Shown here: piece after piece, positions 1-9,585 of the stretch
Layout of the letters: every line of letters starts with the position of its first letter
Numbering within the stretch: position 1 is the first letter of the stretch
Source: Bacteroidota bacterium
GTDB lineage: Bacteria > Bacteroidota > Bacteroidia > Palsa-965
Assembly (NCBI GenBank): GCA_046335555.1
Contig: JBKDHA010000169.1
Location: 9,048 to 73,047, forward strand
Reading direction: 5' to 3'
Length of the DNA stretch: 64,000 nucleotides
Notes under the pieces: generated by a model
Told to the model about the DNA's origin: nothing
The model's input: only the letters and a program-made list of their open reading frames with translations
The model's database searches: none
Program-made: the position numbers and the translations under genes

Positions 1-20
1 CAGCCTGCCGTTTCACCCAA

Positions 21-2186
21 TTGTCCACGTTTGTTATGATGCGGTTTTTGATATTCGCTTTATTGCTGCTTGTTTCGGGCAATGCATCGGCACAAAGCCG
101 CCGCGATTGGTTAGAGTTTGGCGATAAAGCTTTCGATAAAAAAGACTTCAAACTTGCACTTACCTGCTATCAGCATGTAGTCACATTCATGCCCGGCAGC
201 GACCGCGATCTGGTAACGCCTTACGAGTGCCGGCCGTATGTTCCTCCACGCAAAACGGTTGATTCTGTAGCCTTGCAAAAAGCTACTCAGAAAGCAGATT
301 CGTCGCAAAAGCAATTGCCGCCCGTGCAGGGGAATGATCCGCGCACACGCTATGTAACACACCGCATTGCCGAGTGTTATCGCCAGTTGCACGATTACGA
401 CAATGCAGAACTCTGGTATGCGCTGGCAGCTCAACTTCCTGATAATCGTTTCCCGGAAGTAAAGTATTGGTATGGCATTGCGCTGATGAACAATGCAAAG
501 TACGATGATGCTTCGAAACAGTTTGAAGCCTACCTCGCTACCTTGCAAAGCGGCGATCCGCGCATCGAAAAAACAACACGCAATATCAATGGCTGTATTT
601 TTGCACAAGATACCGCTCACGTAAAAAAAGCTGTAATCACATCGCTGCTCGATTCAGTTATCAATACCGGAACCACAGCATTTTCGGCAAGCTACTATGC
701 CAATTCCGATCAGATTTTATTCACCTCCGGCCGTCCCGGCAATGTGAGTTCGGAAACACAAAAACAGCTTGGTTTCGATGCTTATACAACCGATGTATAT
801 CTGGCAACGAAACTAAACGGAGTCTGGCAGCAACCGGTTCCGATGAAAACCAACCTCGGTGTGCTCAATACACCTGCCAACGAAGGCGCTGCAACAGTTT
901 CGTTTGGATTGCAGCATTTGTTTTTTACGCGCTGGAGCGATGACGGACAAGAGTGCGCAATATTTCTCAGTCGCAGTGTTGGCGAAGAATGGCTGGCACC
1001 GCTTAAACTGAACAGCGCAGTTAATGTGCCGGGTTCAAAAGCCATGCACCCTTGTTTCTCGAACGACGGAACAACTCTTTATTTTTCGTCTGATCGTCCC
1101 GGCGGACAAGGTGGTTTTGATATTTGGTCAGTTCAGATTGATGAAGACGGTAATGCCACCAATGCTGTAAATATGGGGCCGCTGATCAACACAGCCGATG
1201 ATGAGGTGACTCCGTTTTTTCACTTTACATCGAATACACTTTTCTACAGTTCAAACGGAATGGGTGGTTTCGGCGGACTGGATATTGTGAAAACAGCATT
1301 CAATACAGAAGACTCGACCTGGAGCCAGCCGCGCAATTTAGATGCACCGTTTAACTCATCGCGCGATGATGCTTACTTTGTGCTCGACCGTTTGCAGCAG
1401 GAAGGATATTATTCCTCCGACCGCGAAAAATGTGCCACCTGCGGCCCGGCCGGAAACGGGTATTGCTATCGTGCATATCAATATCAGAACGAGCCGCTTG
1501 TGTTCAGTCTCAAAGGGCATGTGTATAATGTTGAAACCAACGAACCAATTGGTAATGCGCTGCTCACATTTAAAGACATCCGCGGCGATCAGGAAACTTT
1601 TTACATCATCACTGATTCGGCTGGTTATTACGAAACTGCACTTACACTTAATCAGGAATTGTATATCAAAGCACAGAAGAATAAATTCTTTGGTGATGCA
1701 ACAAGCATTTCAACGGTTGGACTTACCGACAGCAAAGCGTTTGAGCATGATTTCTTCCTGACACCAATTCCGGCCGGTGAAATTGTGATTCCGGGTATTG
1801 AATACGATTTCGACAGAGCAACACTTCGCCCTGAATCGAAAAAAATCCTCGACGATCTTGTTACTTTTCTTGAGTTGAATGATAATATCAGTGTGGAAAT
1901 CAGTTCACATACCGATGCGCGCGGAAGCGATAAGTACAATGAAAAACTTTCGCAGGAACGAGCTAAAAGTTGTGTTGATTACTTGATTTCAAAAGGCATT
2001 TCGGCCGACAGGCTTGTAGCAAAAGGCTACGGAGAAAAACAGCCACTTATTGCCGAGGCTGACATTAATAAAATGACAATTGAAGAGGAACGCGAAGCCG
2101 CGCATCAGCGCAACCGCCGCACTGCTTTCCGCCCGATTCGTGAGGGTATGATTATGGATAAATGGGAAGGAAACATTCCGAAGTAA
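21..2186 (+). CDS. OmpA family outer-membrane protein with N-terminal TPR-like region and TolB/WD40-like beta-propeller repeats
   Basis: Signal peptide (LLLLVSGNASAQ). Repeated 'DG..LYFSS.R.GG.GG.DIW' TolB-like blades. C-terminal OmpA peptidoglycan-binding domain (IEYDFDRATLRP...SHTDARGSDKYNEKLSQERAKSCVDYL). Confidence 0.85.
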   Translation: MSTFVMMRFLIFALLLLVSGNASAQSRRDWLEFGDKAFDKKDFKLALTCYQHVVTFMPGSDRDLVTPYECRPYVPPRKTVDSVALQKATQKADSSQKQLPPVQGNDPRTRYVTHRIAECYRQLHDYDNAELWYALAAQLPDNRFPEVKYWYGIALMNNAKYDDASKQFEAYLATLQSGDPRIEKTTRNINGCIFAQDTAHVKKAVITSLLDSVINTGTTAFSASYYANSDQILFTSGRPGNVSSETQKQLGFDAYTTDVYLATKLNGVWQQPVPMKTNLGVLNTPANEGAATVSFGLQHLFFTRWSDDGQECAIFLSRSVGEEWLAPLKLNSAVNVPGSKAMHPCFSNDGTTLYFSSDRPGGQGGFDIWSVQIDEDGNATNAVNMGPLINTADDEVTPFFHFTSNTLFYSSNGMGGFGGLDIVKTAFNTEDSTWSQPRNLDAPFNSSRDDAYFVLDRLQQEGYYSSDREKCATCGPAGNGYCYRAYQYQNEPLVFSLKGHVYNVETNEPIGNALLTFKDIRGDQETFYIITDSAGYYETALTLNQELYIKAQKNKFFGDATSISTVGLTDSKAFEHDFFLTPIPAGEIVIPGIEYDFDRATLRPESKKILDDLVTFLELNDNISVEISSHTDARGSDKYNEKLSQERAKSCVDYLISKGISADRLVAKGYGEKQPLIAEADINKMTIEEEREAAHQRNRRTAFRPIREGMIMDKWEGNIPK

Positions 2187-2223
2187 TCGTTGTTCAGCAG
2201 TAAATTTAATGAAACATCAGCAA

Positions 2224-3927
2224 TTAAGCTTTCGCTTTTGCTGCCGTTTTCTTTTTGGGAGAAACTGCTTTTTGTTCGCGATACAACGTGCTTATCATTC
2301 GTTTATCGCGATCATAAATATCATTGAATAAAATAATATCTCCCTCGCTGTTGGGTACGCAAGTGAAATAGCGAACATGTATAGGAATAGGTTTACGAAC
2401 AGGCATTGTGCGCTGCCGTCCAGATTTCATATATATATCAAATGTATCTCTTGGCATTTTTACACTGTCTTCCCGAATGAGATAATAAGCAAGCTGCATA
2501 TAATTTTCGAGACGCATACAGCCGTGACTCAGTGCGCGGGTTTCGCGGTTAAAGTAGCCTTTGCTGTTGGTATCGTGCATATAAACACCATGCTTGTTGT
2601 TGAAATTGAATTTCAGAATACCGAGTGCATTGTCATCGCCGGTTTTCTGACGGAATTTATACGGCAGATTTCGTTCACCGTATTTCTTCCAGTCAACAGA
2701 ATTTGGATCTACAATATTTCCCGAGCGATCAATTACTTCGTAGCGGTTGCGGCGCAGGTAAGTGCTGTCGCGTTTTGCGTGCGGGAGAATTTCTTTTCCG
2801 GCAATGCTGTAAGGTACATGCCAGTAGGGGAAAAGAATCATCTGATTGATTCGGCTGTCGAGTGCGGGTGTTTGTGTTTTTGGGGCACCAACCACAACGC
2901 GCGATTCCATAATCATTGAATCGCCATCCATAACGTGCATGCGGAATTCGGGAATGTTAACCCAAACATAGCGGTCTTCGCGTTTGGGTTCAATCCGCCA
3001 GCGTTCTAATGTAGCGGCCATTTGACGGATGCGCTCTGGGTATGTAACATTGAGTGCGCGCACGGTGTTGCGTCCTGCTTTTCCGTCGGGCTCAAGACCA
3101 ACACGAATCTGAAATGATTTTAATGCTTCGGCCACTGCCAGCGAATCGGTTCCGCTGCGGGCGGTATCAAGATCGTGACCAGAAATTAAGCGCGTTACTA
3201 ATGCTTTGCGAAAAGCGATGGTATCGTCTTCAATTTTTGGAAGCACTTCCCATTGTGTTTTTTCAAACTCGCGGCGGAAGCCGGGAATGAATGCCCGCAG
3301 AGCTTTGTACTCTGCCATTTGTGGCTCAAGTGCTGCAAATGTTGCGCCCGACGATTTTTGTTTCAGCGCACTTTCAAGAACAGCCGCCAGATTCGTATCA
3401 AGAACATCAGCACGCCAAACCCGCGTTTCGGCTGAGTCGTTTTCCATGCGTCCAACTGAAACATGCACAGCGAAATTGAAAAACGCATCACTCAGCAAAA
3501 GTTCGCTGTGTGAAAGCTTGTTCACATTGTAGTCTTCGGTTTTTGCATCAAGCGCCATGCGCGAAAGACTGTCTATTAAAGCCGCATGATAATCAGACGG
3601 AATAAGTCCCCAGTTTTCGGCATTCAGCAAAATACTCCGCATCGAATCACCGGCCGGGGTAAGCTTTCCTGCTTTTGTCCATACCGGCTCGTAACCACGA
3701 TTACTATAAAACGCTTTAATTAATCCGGGCGTTGTTATTGTATCGCCGTCGAGCGGAACAGTTCCGTTATCCGAAAACTTTGAGACGTGTGTGCTGAGGT
3801 ATTCTTTTACCAATTCAGTAACACGCTCAGGATCATCTTCGATAACCTGTTGCTCATTGTTTGAAATAGGGTCAGAACTGCATGATTGTAAAATCAGAAG
3901 CAGTGCAAGGGGGAATATAGTTTTCAT
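2224..3927 (-). CDS. L,D-transpeptidase family lipoprotein (YkuD/YcbB-like)
   Basis: Lipoprotein signal (LILQSCSS). C-terminal YkuD catalytic motif (HGCMRLEN) with H/C active site. Roughly 560 aa, typical of murein L,D-transpeptidases. Confidence 0.8.
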   Translation of the reverse strand: MKTIFPLALLLILQSCSSDPISNNEQQVIEDDPERVTELVKEYLSTHVSKFSDNGTVPLDGDTITTPGLIKAFYSNRGYEPVWTKAGKLTPAGDSMRSILLNAENWGLIPSDYHAALIDSLSRMALDAKTEDYNVNKLSHSELLLSDAFFNFAVHVSVGRMENDSAETRVWRADVLDTNLAAVLESALKQKSSGATFAALEPQMAEYKALRAFIPGFRREFEKTQWEVLPKIEDDTIAFRKALVTRLISGHDLDTARSGTDSLAVAEALKSFQIRVGLEPDGKAGRNTVRALNVTYPERIRQMAATLERWRIEPKREDRYVWVNIPEFRMHVMDGDSMIMESRVVVGAPKTQTPALDSRINQMILFPYWHVPYSIAGKEILPHAKRDSTYLRRNRYEVIDRSGNIVDPNSVDWKKYGERNLPYKFRQKTGDDNALGILKFNFNNKHGVYMHDTNSKGYFNRETRALSHGCMRLENYMQLAYYLIREDSVKMPRDTFDIYMKSGRQRTMPVRKPIPIHVRYFTCVPNSEGDIILFNDIYDRDKRMISTLYREQKAVSPKKKTAAKAKA

Positions 3928-4138
3928 GTAGTATGTGCCGGTACAAAAGTAGGTAAAAACGTTGCCCGGTTAACTACCAATTTATGCGCCAGTTTTAGAT
4001 GTCTGTTTTCGTATCTGAACGTATAATTTTATCAGTAACAATGATTTAGGTGTAAAGAGGTGGTAGTTAAGTAGTTGTTTATTAGGTAATTACTTCTGTA
4101 TTGGTAATATATCCCCGATTCTGAGGATCGGTATTGGT

Positions 4139-4186
4139 ACAAAAAAAGACTGCCTCAATGTTATGAGACAGTCTCTTTTAAGGATA
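4139..4186 (-). terminator. Rho-independent terminator downstream of the 4202..5203 gene
   Basis: On the minus strand, a hairpin (agagactgtctc...gaggcagtct) followed by T7 (plus-strand aaaaaaa at about 4141-4147). Confidence 0.55.
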
Positions 4187-4201
4187 TACAGTTAGAAAAG
4201 G

Positions 4202-5203
4202 TTAGTGGCTGACGTTGAATTTACCGCGGTTCAGCACTTCTTTTTCTTCGTTAAGAATGGTGTAGTTGTAAACACCTGCAGCAAAATTCCAGGCAGCTGC
4301 ATTTACTTCGCCATTCTCAAAGGTGTAGCGGGCTACTTCGCGGCCAGTCATGTCGTAAACAACAGCCTGACGCGCTGCAGGGTTGTTTGTGCGGATGGTA
4401 GTGAATTCTGAGGCAGGATTCGGGAACACGCTTACGCCGTTCATCGCCATAGGTTCGTTAACACCAACCCAGCCGGTGATTGAAATATCATCCACAAACA
4501 TTGAGCTGTTTACATGCGGGAACACATCATCGGTTGCAGAGCATGCAATTACAAACGAGTCGGGCTGTACACTAGCAAAAGCCGGATCATAAATAAACGG
4601 CATATTGTAAAGTGTCCAGTTGGTTACTGTGGTGGCAATAATGTTACCGGCAACGCCAATGGTATCACGGCTTGTTCCATTCCAGCGGGTAAGTGCTGCA
4701 TAGAAAAAGCAGGAATCGCCGAGCGGTGATGGGGTATAACGCATGTAAGCAGAAATGCTGGCCGGACGCGCTGTGTAGGCAAAGCCGGGGAAAATGCCGG
4801 TATTGGGGAAAATTGAAATGGTACCGGTTAGTGCAATACCAATAGTATCCGGAATATCCGCCGGTGCAGGATTGCTGGTGAGTGCTGTACTGGTAATACG
4901 CATACAGTACATGCCACCATGCGGATTTGTTGATTCGCGGAAAACCGTTACCGGATTACCGCCAAACAAAGAATTTGATAAAATATTTACCGTAGCCCAG
5001 CCCTGAGGGTCATTATAGCCAGACTGGCTGCTCCACGATTCGAAATCCATTGTAGGCATTTGAGCCATAGCTGCTGTGCCAACTAACGAGGCAGCAAGAA
5101 GAGAAAGTAATTTATGTTTCATTGTCAGAAAAATAGGTCTTTGTTTAAATTGACTAAAGCAAATATAAGCATTAAGACGGCGGAGCATTACTAAAAAATA
5201 CAC
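4202..5203 (-). CDS. Secreted protein with T9SS (Por) C-terminal sorting domain
   Basis: N-terminal signal peptide. C-terminus VFPNPASEFTTI...GREV....AGVY...L..G matches the type IX secretion CTD consensus. Confidence 0.75.
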   Translation of the reverse strand: MYFLVMLRRLNAYICFSQFKQRPIFLTMKHKLLSLLAASLVGTAAMAQMPTMDFESWSSQSGYNDPQGWATVNILSNSLFGGNPVTVFRESTNPHGGMYCMRITSTALTSNPAPADIPDTIGIALTGTISIFPNTGIFPGFAYTARPASISAYMRYTPSPLGDSCFFYAALTRWNGTSRDTIGVAGNIIATTVTNWTLYNMPFIYDPAFASVQPDSFVIACSATDDVFPHVNSSMFVDDISITGWVGVNEPMAMNGVSVFPNPASEFTTIRTNNPAARQAVVYDMTGREVARYTFENGEVNAAAWNFAAGVYNYTILNEEKEVLNRGKFNVSH

Positions 5204-5230
5204 CGGTTCTTACGTTTTCATCAGCCCTGA

Positions 5231-7099
5231 TTATACAAATGCCTGCATATCATAGAGCTTGCGGTAGGCTCCCTTTTTCTCTAATAAAGCCTGGTGACTT
5301 CCGCGTTCAATAATTTCGCCGTGTTGCATCACTACAATCTCATCGGCATGCTGAATTGTGCTCAAACGGTGAGCAATGATAAGGGATGTGCGGTTGCGCA
5401 TGAGGTTATTGAGGGCATCCTGCACCAACCGCTCCGAACTTGTGTCGAGTGCTGATGTGGCTTCGTCGAGAATGAGCAGCGGCGGGTTTTTGAGCACAGC
5501 TCTGGCAATGGCAATACGCTGCCGCTGGCCGCCCGACATCTTACCTCCGCGGTCGCCGATATTGGTTTGATAGCCGTCGGGCATGGCGGTGATAAAGTCG
5601 TGGGCATTGGCTACTCGGGCTGCTGCTTCAACTTCTTCCTGTGTTGCTCCGTCAACGCCGAAAGCAATGTTGTTGAACACAGTATCGTTGAACAAAATTG
5701 ATTCCTGCGATACAATGCCCATCTGCGCACGCAAATCGTGCAGGCGGAAATTTCGAATGTTTACACCGTCTATCAGTACTTCGCCTTCGGTTACATCGTA
5801 GAAACGCGGAAGTAAATCGGCCAGCGTAGTTTTGCCGGAGCCCGACTGTCCGACAAGCGCAATTGTTTTGCCTTTCTGCACTGTAAGATTAATATTGCGC
5901 AGGGCATAACCATCATCGCCGCGGGTGTATGCAAACGAAACATTTTTGTATTCAATGGCATTGCTGAAACTCGTTAGCGGCGCTGGTTGCGGTGCATCCG
6001 AAATTGTTTCTTCGGCATCAAGCACAGCATTAATGCGGTCGGCAGAAGCAAGACCTTTCTGCACATTGTTGTAAGCTTGTGAAAACTGACGAACAGGTGT
6101 AATGAGTTGCGAAAAAACAACCACGTAGCCAAAGAATTGTGCAGCAGGCAGTGTGCCATCGCCATACAACACCAGACGACCTCCGTAGTACATGATTACT
6201 GTCATTACAATCACAATCAGGAACTCGCTCATGGGAGAAGCCAGATCTACACGGCGGTAATTGCGCACCATAATGCGGGTATATTCTTCGTTTTCTTTCC
6301 GGAAGCGGTCGCTCACTTTTTTGCCGGCATTAAAGCCTTTGATGATGCGCAAACCGCCAAGCATTTCATCCATAAGCGAAAGCAGCAGTCCTAGTTTGGC
6401 TTTGGCTTTATGCGAAGTTTTGCGAAGACTTTTAGAAACTATAGCCAGTAAACCGCCAACCACAGGCGTTGCAGCAAGCACAAACAGTGTAAGTTCCGGA
6501 CTTGCCAAAATCAGATAAATCAGAAAGCCGAGAATGGTTACCGGTTCGCGAAAAATCATTTCAAGCGAACTCATGATACTCCATTCAATTTCCTGCACAT
6601 CGGCAGTCATACGGCTTATCAGATCGCCTTTGCGTTCGTTGCTGTAATAACTCAGCGGCAAACGCAGGGCTTTGTCGTACATTTTATTTCGCAGATCGCG
6701 CACAACACCGTTGCGAATTGTAGCCAGCGAATACATGGCCAAGTAACGAAATACGCTTTTGAAAAAGATGAAAATTACAGCCGCAATACATATAAAAATG
6801 AGTGCCTGCATTTTGGCTGCACTCATATCAGGGGCCGATGTAATGTAATCGGCAAGCTCATAGTTGATGCGGGCTACAAGGCTTTTAGGTGAGGTTACTT
6901 CTACAACTCCCGCTGCGGCAACTTCACGCAAACGCTCATCGCCACCCTGAAACAAAAGATCCAGCAGCGGCATTACTGTTAACAGCGAAAGCAGGTTGAA
7001 TATTACTGAAAGTATATTGAAGAAAATATTCATACCGGCATTGCGCCAGTAGCCATCAACATATTTCAGTACTCCGAAAAATTTTCTCATTGAGGGCAA
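5231..7099 (-). CDS. ABC transporter ATP-binding/permease fusion (MsbA-like exporter)
   Basis: Six predicted TM helices in the N-terminal half. Walker A (GQSGSGKTT), ABC signature (LSGGQRQRIAIARA), Walker B (LILDEATSALD). Confidence 0.9.
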   Translation of the reverse strand: MPSMRKFFGVLKYVDGYWRNAGMNIFFNILSVIFNLLSLLTVMPLLDLLFQGGDERLREVAAAGVVEVTSPKSLVARINYELADYITSAPDMSAAKMQALIFICIAAVIFIFFKSVFRYLAMYSLATIRNGVVRDLRNKMYDKALRLPLSYYSNERKGDLISRMTADVQEIEWSIMSSLEMIFREPVTILGFLIYLILASPELTLFVLAATPVVGGLLAIVSKSLRKTSHKAKAKLGLLLSLMDEMLGGLRIIKGFNAGKKVSDRFRKENEEYTRIMVRNYRRVDLASPMSEFLIVIVMTVIMYYGGRLVLYGDGTLPAAQFFGYVVVFSQLITPVRQFSQAYNNVQKGLASADRINAVLDAEETISDAPQPAPLTSFSNAIEYKNVSFAYTRGDDGYALRNINLTVQKGKTIALVGQSGSGKTTLADLLPRFYDVTEGEVLIDGVNIRNFRLHDLRAQMGIVSQESILFNDTVFNNIAFGVDGATQEEVEAAARVANAHDFITAMPDGYQTNIGDRGGKMSGGQRQRIAIARAVLKNPPLLILDEATSALDTSSERLVQDALNNLMRNRTSLIIAHRLSTIQHADEIVVMQHGEIIERGSHQALLEKKGAYRKLYDMQAFV

Positions 7100-7116
7100 A
7101 GATAATCGGAATGCAT

Positions 7117-7351
7117 GTGGCTTCGACAGGCTCAGCCACCTGCGAGATTTTTGTTTTTATCCACCTGCGAGATTTTTGTTTTTATCCACCTGCGAGATTT
7201 TTGTTTTTATCCACCTGCGAGATTTTTGTTTTTATCCACCCTGGAGATTTTAGTTTTTATTCACCCTGGAGATTTTTTTTATCCACCCTGGAGATGTTTA
7301 TTTATCTAGCTTCCAGAACGCATATCGGTGGCTGAGCCTGTCGAAGCCACC
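7117..7351. repeat. Inverted-repeat-bounded tandem array: 24-bp perfect TIRs (7117-7140 and 7327-7350) around about 7 copies of a 25-bp unit (ccacctgcgagatttttgtttttat; 4 perfect copies plus 3 degenerate, 7136-7305)
   Basis: Read directly from the sequence. The left TIR gtggcttcgacaggctcagccacc equals the reverse complement of 7327-7350. The periodic ORFs here (7090..7335 and 7115..7309) are repeat artefacts. Confidence 0.9.
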
Positions 7352-7541
7352 GATACGCACACAAAATCTACTTCTTCTGCTGATCAGATGCCGGCACTTG
7401 TTTTGTGTCAGTTTAAATAGAATTAGAATGAATCTTTTTAAGCCAGAAAGTGGCTGATCTGTTTATTTTATGTGTTGTTAGTCAGTGTTTTATTTGTTCT
7501 AAGTGGCGTTTTTTTAGTTTGTTGGGTATATTCGAAATAAA

Positions 7542-8642
7542 TTGAAAGAAATCAAAGTGATTTATATGAATAGGAAAATCTATAGAAGTATTATCTTTAG
7601 TAAATCACAACTCAAAACGCAATTAAAATTTGGTGATTATTTCCAGATTTATCCTTGTGATTTTAAAAAAGCTCCAGCTTCTCCATACTGTAGTGATTTT
7701 CCATTGGTGATTGAATATTATGTTGATGAAGTGCCTGAAGTGAAACTTCCTGATGAGTTACAAGAATTATCGACATGGGTTCATGAAAGTACTCAAAAAA
7801 TTAATCAGTTAAATCGACTATTGCGATTATTGTCGGTATTGACAAATCATAGATTTTTTATCATCGAAGAAAGTGGATATAAATGGGGTAAGGCTTTACC
7901 TGATCTTAAATTAAACGAAAATGAGAAAGAAGCCTTTAATAGTTCATCAAGTCAGACATTTTCACCTGGGTTTTACTATCCGAGTATTGCGGATGATTTA
8001 TGCATTACCGATTTTTCAGAGCAAAAATTTCCGGTTGCTGTGTTGATTGAGCATACTAAATATTATCGACGTGTTCCAAGTGATGATAGAGACATAGATA
8101 TAAATTTCCCGAACACAATTTATCAATCCGTTGACAAGTATTTTAGTTTAGATAATAATCGAAAAAAAGTTGCAAATTCTGTCAATCATCTTATTTGTAA
8201 TGGCATAGAAATTAAAGACAAGATGAAGAGTTTGTCGTTCCTATCCTTTGTTTCGGCTATTGAAACAATCGTGAATTATGAATTTAAAAAGAAAAATGAT
8301 GTAATAGAGTTTGAGTGTAATGACTGTCAAACAATAAAAACATCACAATTCACTTGTCCCAAATGTCAAAGACCAATTTGGGGAGTTAAAACGAAATTCA
8401 AAGAGTTTTTGAAAACTTACGTTTCAGGCACACCTAAATCAATAGAAAAGTATAATAAAATCTATAACCTTAGGTCAAAAATTGTTCATGCAGGTGTGTT
8501 GCTTTTAGGAGATGAGGAAATTGACTGGGGAGAATCATTAAATACGAATGAGCAATACACAACTTATTATGAGTCAATGCAACTTGCAAGGGAAAGTTTA
8601 TCTAATTGGTTACTTAAAGGAGCAAATAATATATCGGTTTGA
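7542..8642 (+). CDS. Hypothetical zinc-ribbon protein with C-terminal HEPN-like (Rx4H) motif; candidate abortive-infection/defence nuclease
   Basis: Very AT-rich ORF. C-x2-C-x9-C-x2-C zinc ribbon (CNDCQTIKTSQFTCPKC). Downstream helical segment LRSKIVHAG fits the HEPN Rx4-6H catalytic motif. The true start may be M10 (7569). Confidence 0.55.
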   Translation: MKEIKVIYMNRKIYRSIIFSKSQLKTQLKFGDYFQIYPCDFKKAPASPYCSDFPLVIEYYVDEVPEVKLPDELQELSTWVHESTQKINQLNRLLRLLSVLTNHRFFIIEESGYKWGKALPDLKLNENEKEAFNSSSSQTFSPGFYYPSIADDLCITDFSEQKFPVAVLIEHTKYYRRVPSDDRDIDINFPNTIYQSVDKYFSLDNNRKKVANSVNHLICNGIEIKDKMKSLSFLSFVSAIETIVNYEFKKKNDVIEFECNDCQTIKTSQFTCPKCQRPIWGVKTKFKEFLKTYVSGTPKSIEKYNKIYNLRSKIVHAGVLLLGDEEIDWGESLNTNEQYTTYYESMQLARESLSNWLLKGANNISV

Positions 8643-8711
8643 ACAGCTTTTGAGTTATATGACACCAAAGCTTTTCATTTACTGATAGAGTTTGACTTAA
8701 AAAGAAAAAGT

Positions 8712-9548
8712 ATGAATGCGATTAAATTATTTGAAAGCAAACAAATCAGAACAGTTTGGAACGAATCAGACCAGAAATGGTATTTCGTGGTTGCTGATGT
8801 TGTGAGTGTTCTAACCGATACACCTAATCCGGTGGATTACATTAAAAAAATGCGCAAAAGAGACGAGCAGCTTTCTCAAGGGTGGGGACAACTTGTCACC
8901 CCCCTTTCTGTAAGTACTGCCGGTGGTAAACAGAAACTGAATTGTGCTCATGCTCAAGGTCTTTTAAGAATCATTCAATCTATTCCGTCACCCAAAGCAG
9001 AGCCATTTAAACTTTGGCTGGCACAAGTTGGTGCTGACCGGTTAGATGAAATTGAGAACCCGGAACTGGCTACGCAACGAACCAGAGAATTATATAAACT
9101 TAAAGGCTATTCCGATGCCTGGATAGAAAAACGAATGCGGAGTATAGCCATTCGTGAAGAACTGACAGAAGAATGGAAAAACAGGGGAGTTAAAGAACAA
9201 ATAGAATATGCAATACTGACCGCTGAAATTTCGAAAGCAACATTTGGTTTGACTCCTTCTGAGTATAAGAAAGTAAAAGGATTGAAGGCTGAAAATCTCC
9301 GAGATCACATGAATGATCTTGAACTGATTTTTTCAATGTTGGGTGAAGCCTCTACAACCGCTATTGTTAAAACAAGAAATCCCAAAGGATTTACCGAAAA
9401 TCGAATAGCTGCCAAGCAAGGCGGATCGGTTGCCGGAAAAGCAAGGCGAGATCTTGAAATAAAAACTGGGCAAAAAGTGATAACCACCGAAAATTACCTG
9501 CCCGAACCAAAGCAGAAAAAAGCCATTAAAAAAGGCAAGAAGAAATAA
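8712..9548 (+). CDS. Bro-N (KilA-N) domain protein, DinD / phage-antirepressor-like
   Basis: N-terminus 'IKLFESKQIRTVWNESDQKWYFVVADVVSVL' fits the Bro-N consensus (F..IR......W..a.DV...L). Lysine-rich C-terminal tail. Confidence 0.7.
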   Translation: MNAIKLFESKQIRTVWNESDQKWYFVVADVVSVLTDTPNPVDYIKKMRKRDEQLSQGWGQLVTPLSVSTAGGKQKLNCAHAQGLLRIIQSIPSPKAEPFKLWLAQVGADRLDEIENPELATQRTRELYKLKGYSDAWIEKRMRSIAIREELTEEWKNRGVKEQIEYAILTAEISKATFGLTPSEYKKVKGLKAENLRDHMNDLELIFSMLGEASTTAIVKTRNPKGFTENRIAAKQGGSVAGKARRDLEIKTGQKVITTENYLPEPKQKKAIKKGKKK

Positions 9549-9585
9549 TCAGTTCAAAGTAAACTAGTGCAGGCAGCTCCCCAAC

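Noticed and set aside
2377-3532. Multiple 60-180-aa plus-strand ORFs inside the L,D-transpeptidase gene, and similar antisense ORFs inside other long genes
   Set aside because: They lie wholly inside well-supported genes on the opposite strand. Their composition-driven translations have no motifs. They are considered spurious.
7090-7335. ORFs 7090..7335 and 7115..7309 with repetitive translations (PPARFLFLSTCEIFVFIH...)
   Set aside because: They are artefacts of translating the 25-bp tandem array, with a periodic peptide and no start context. The region is non-coding repeat.
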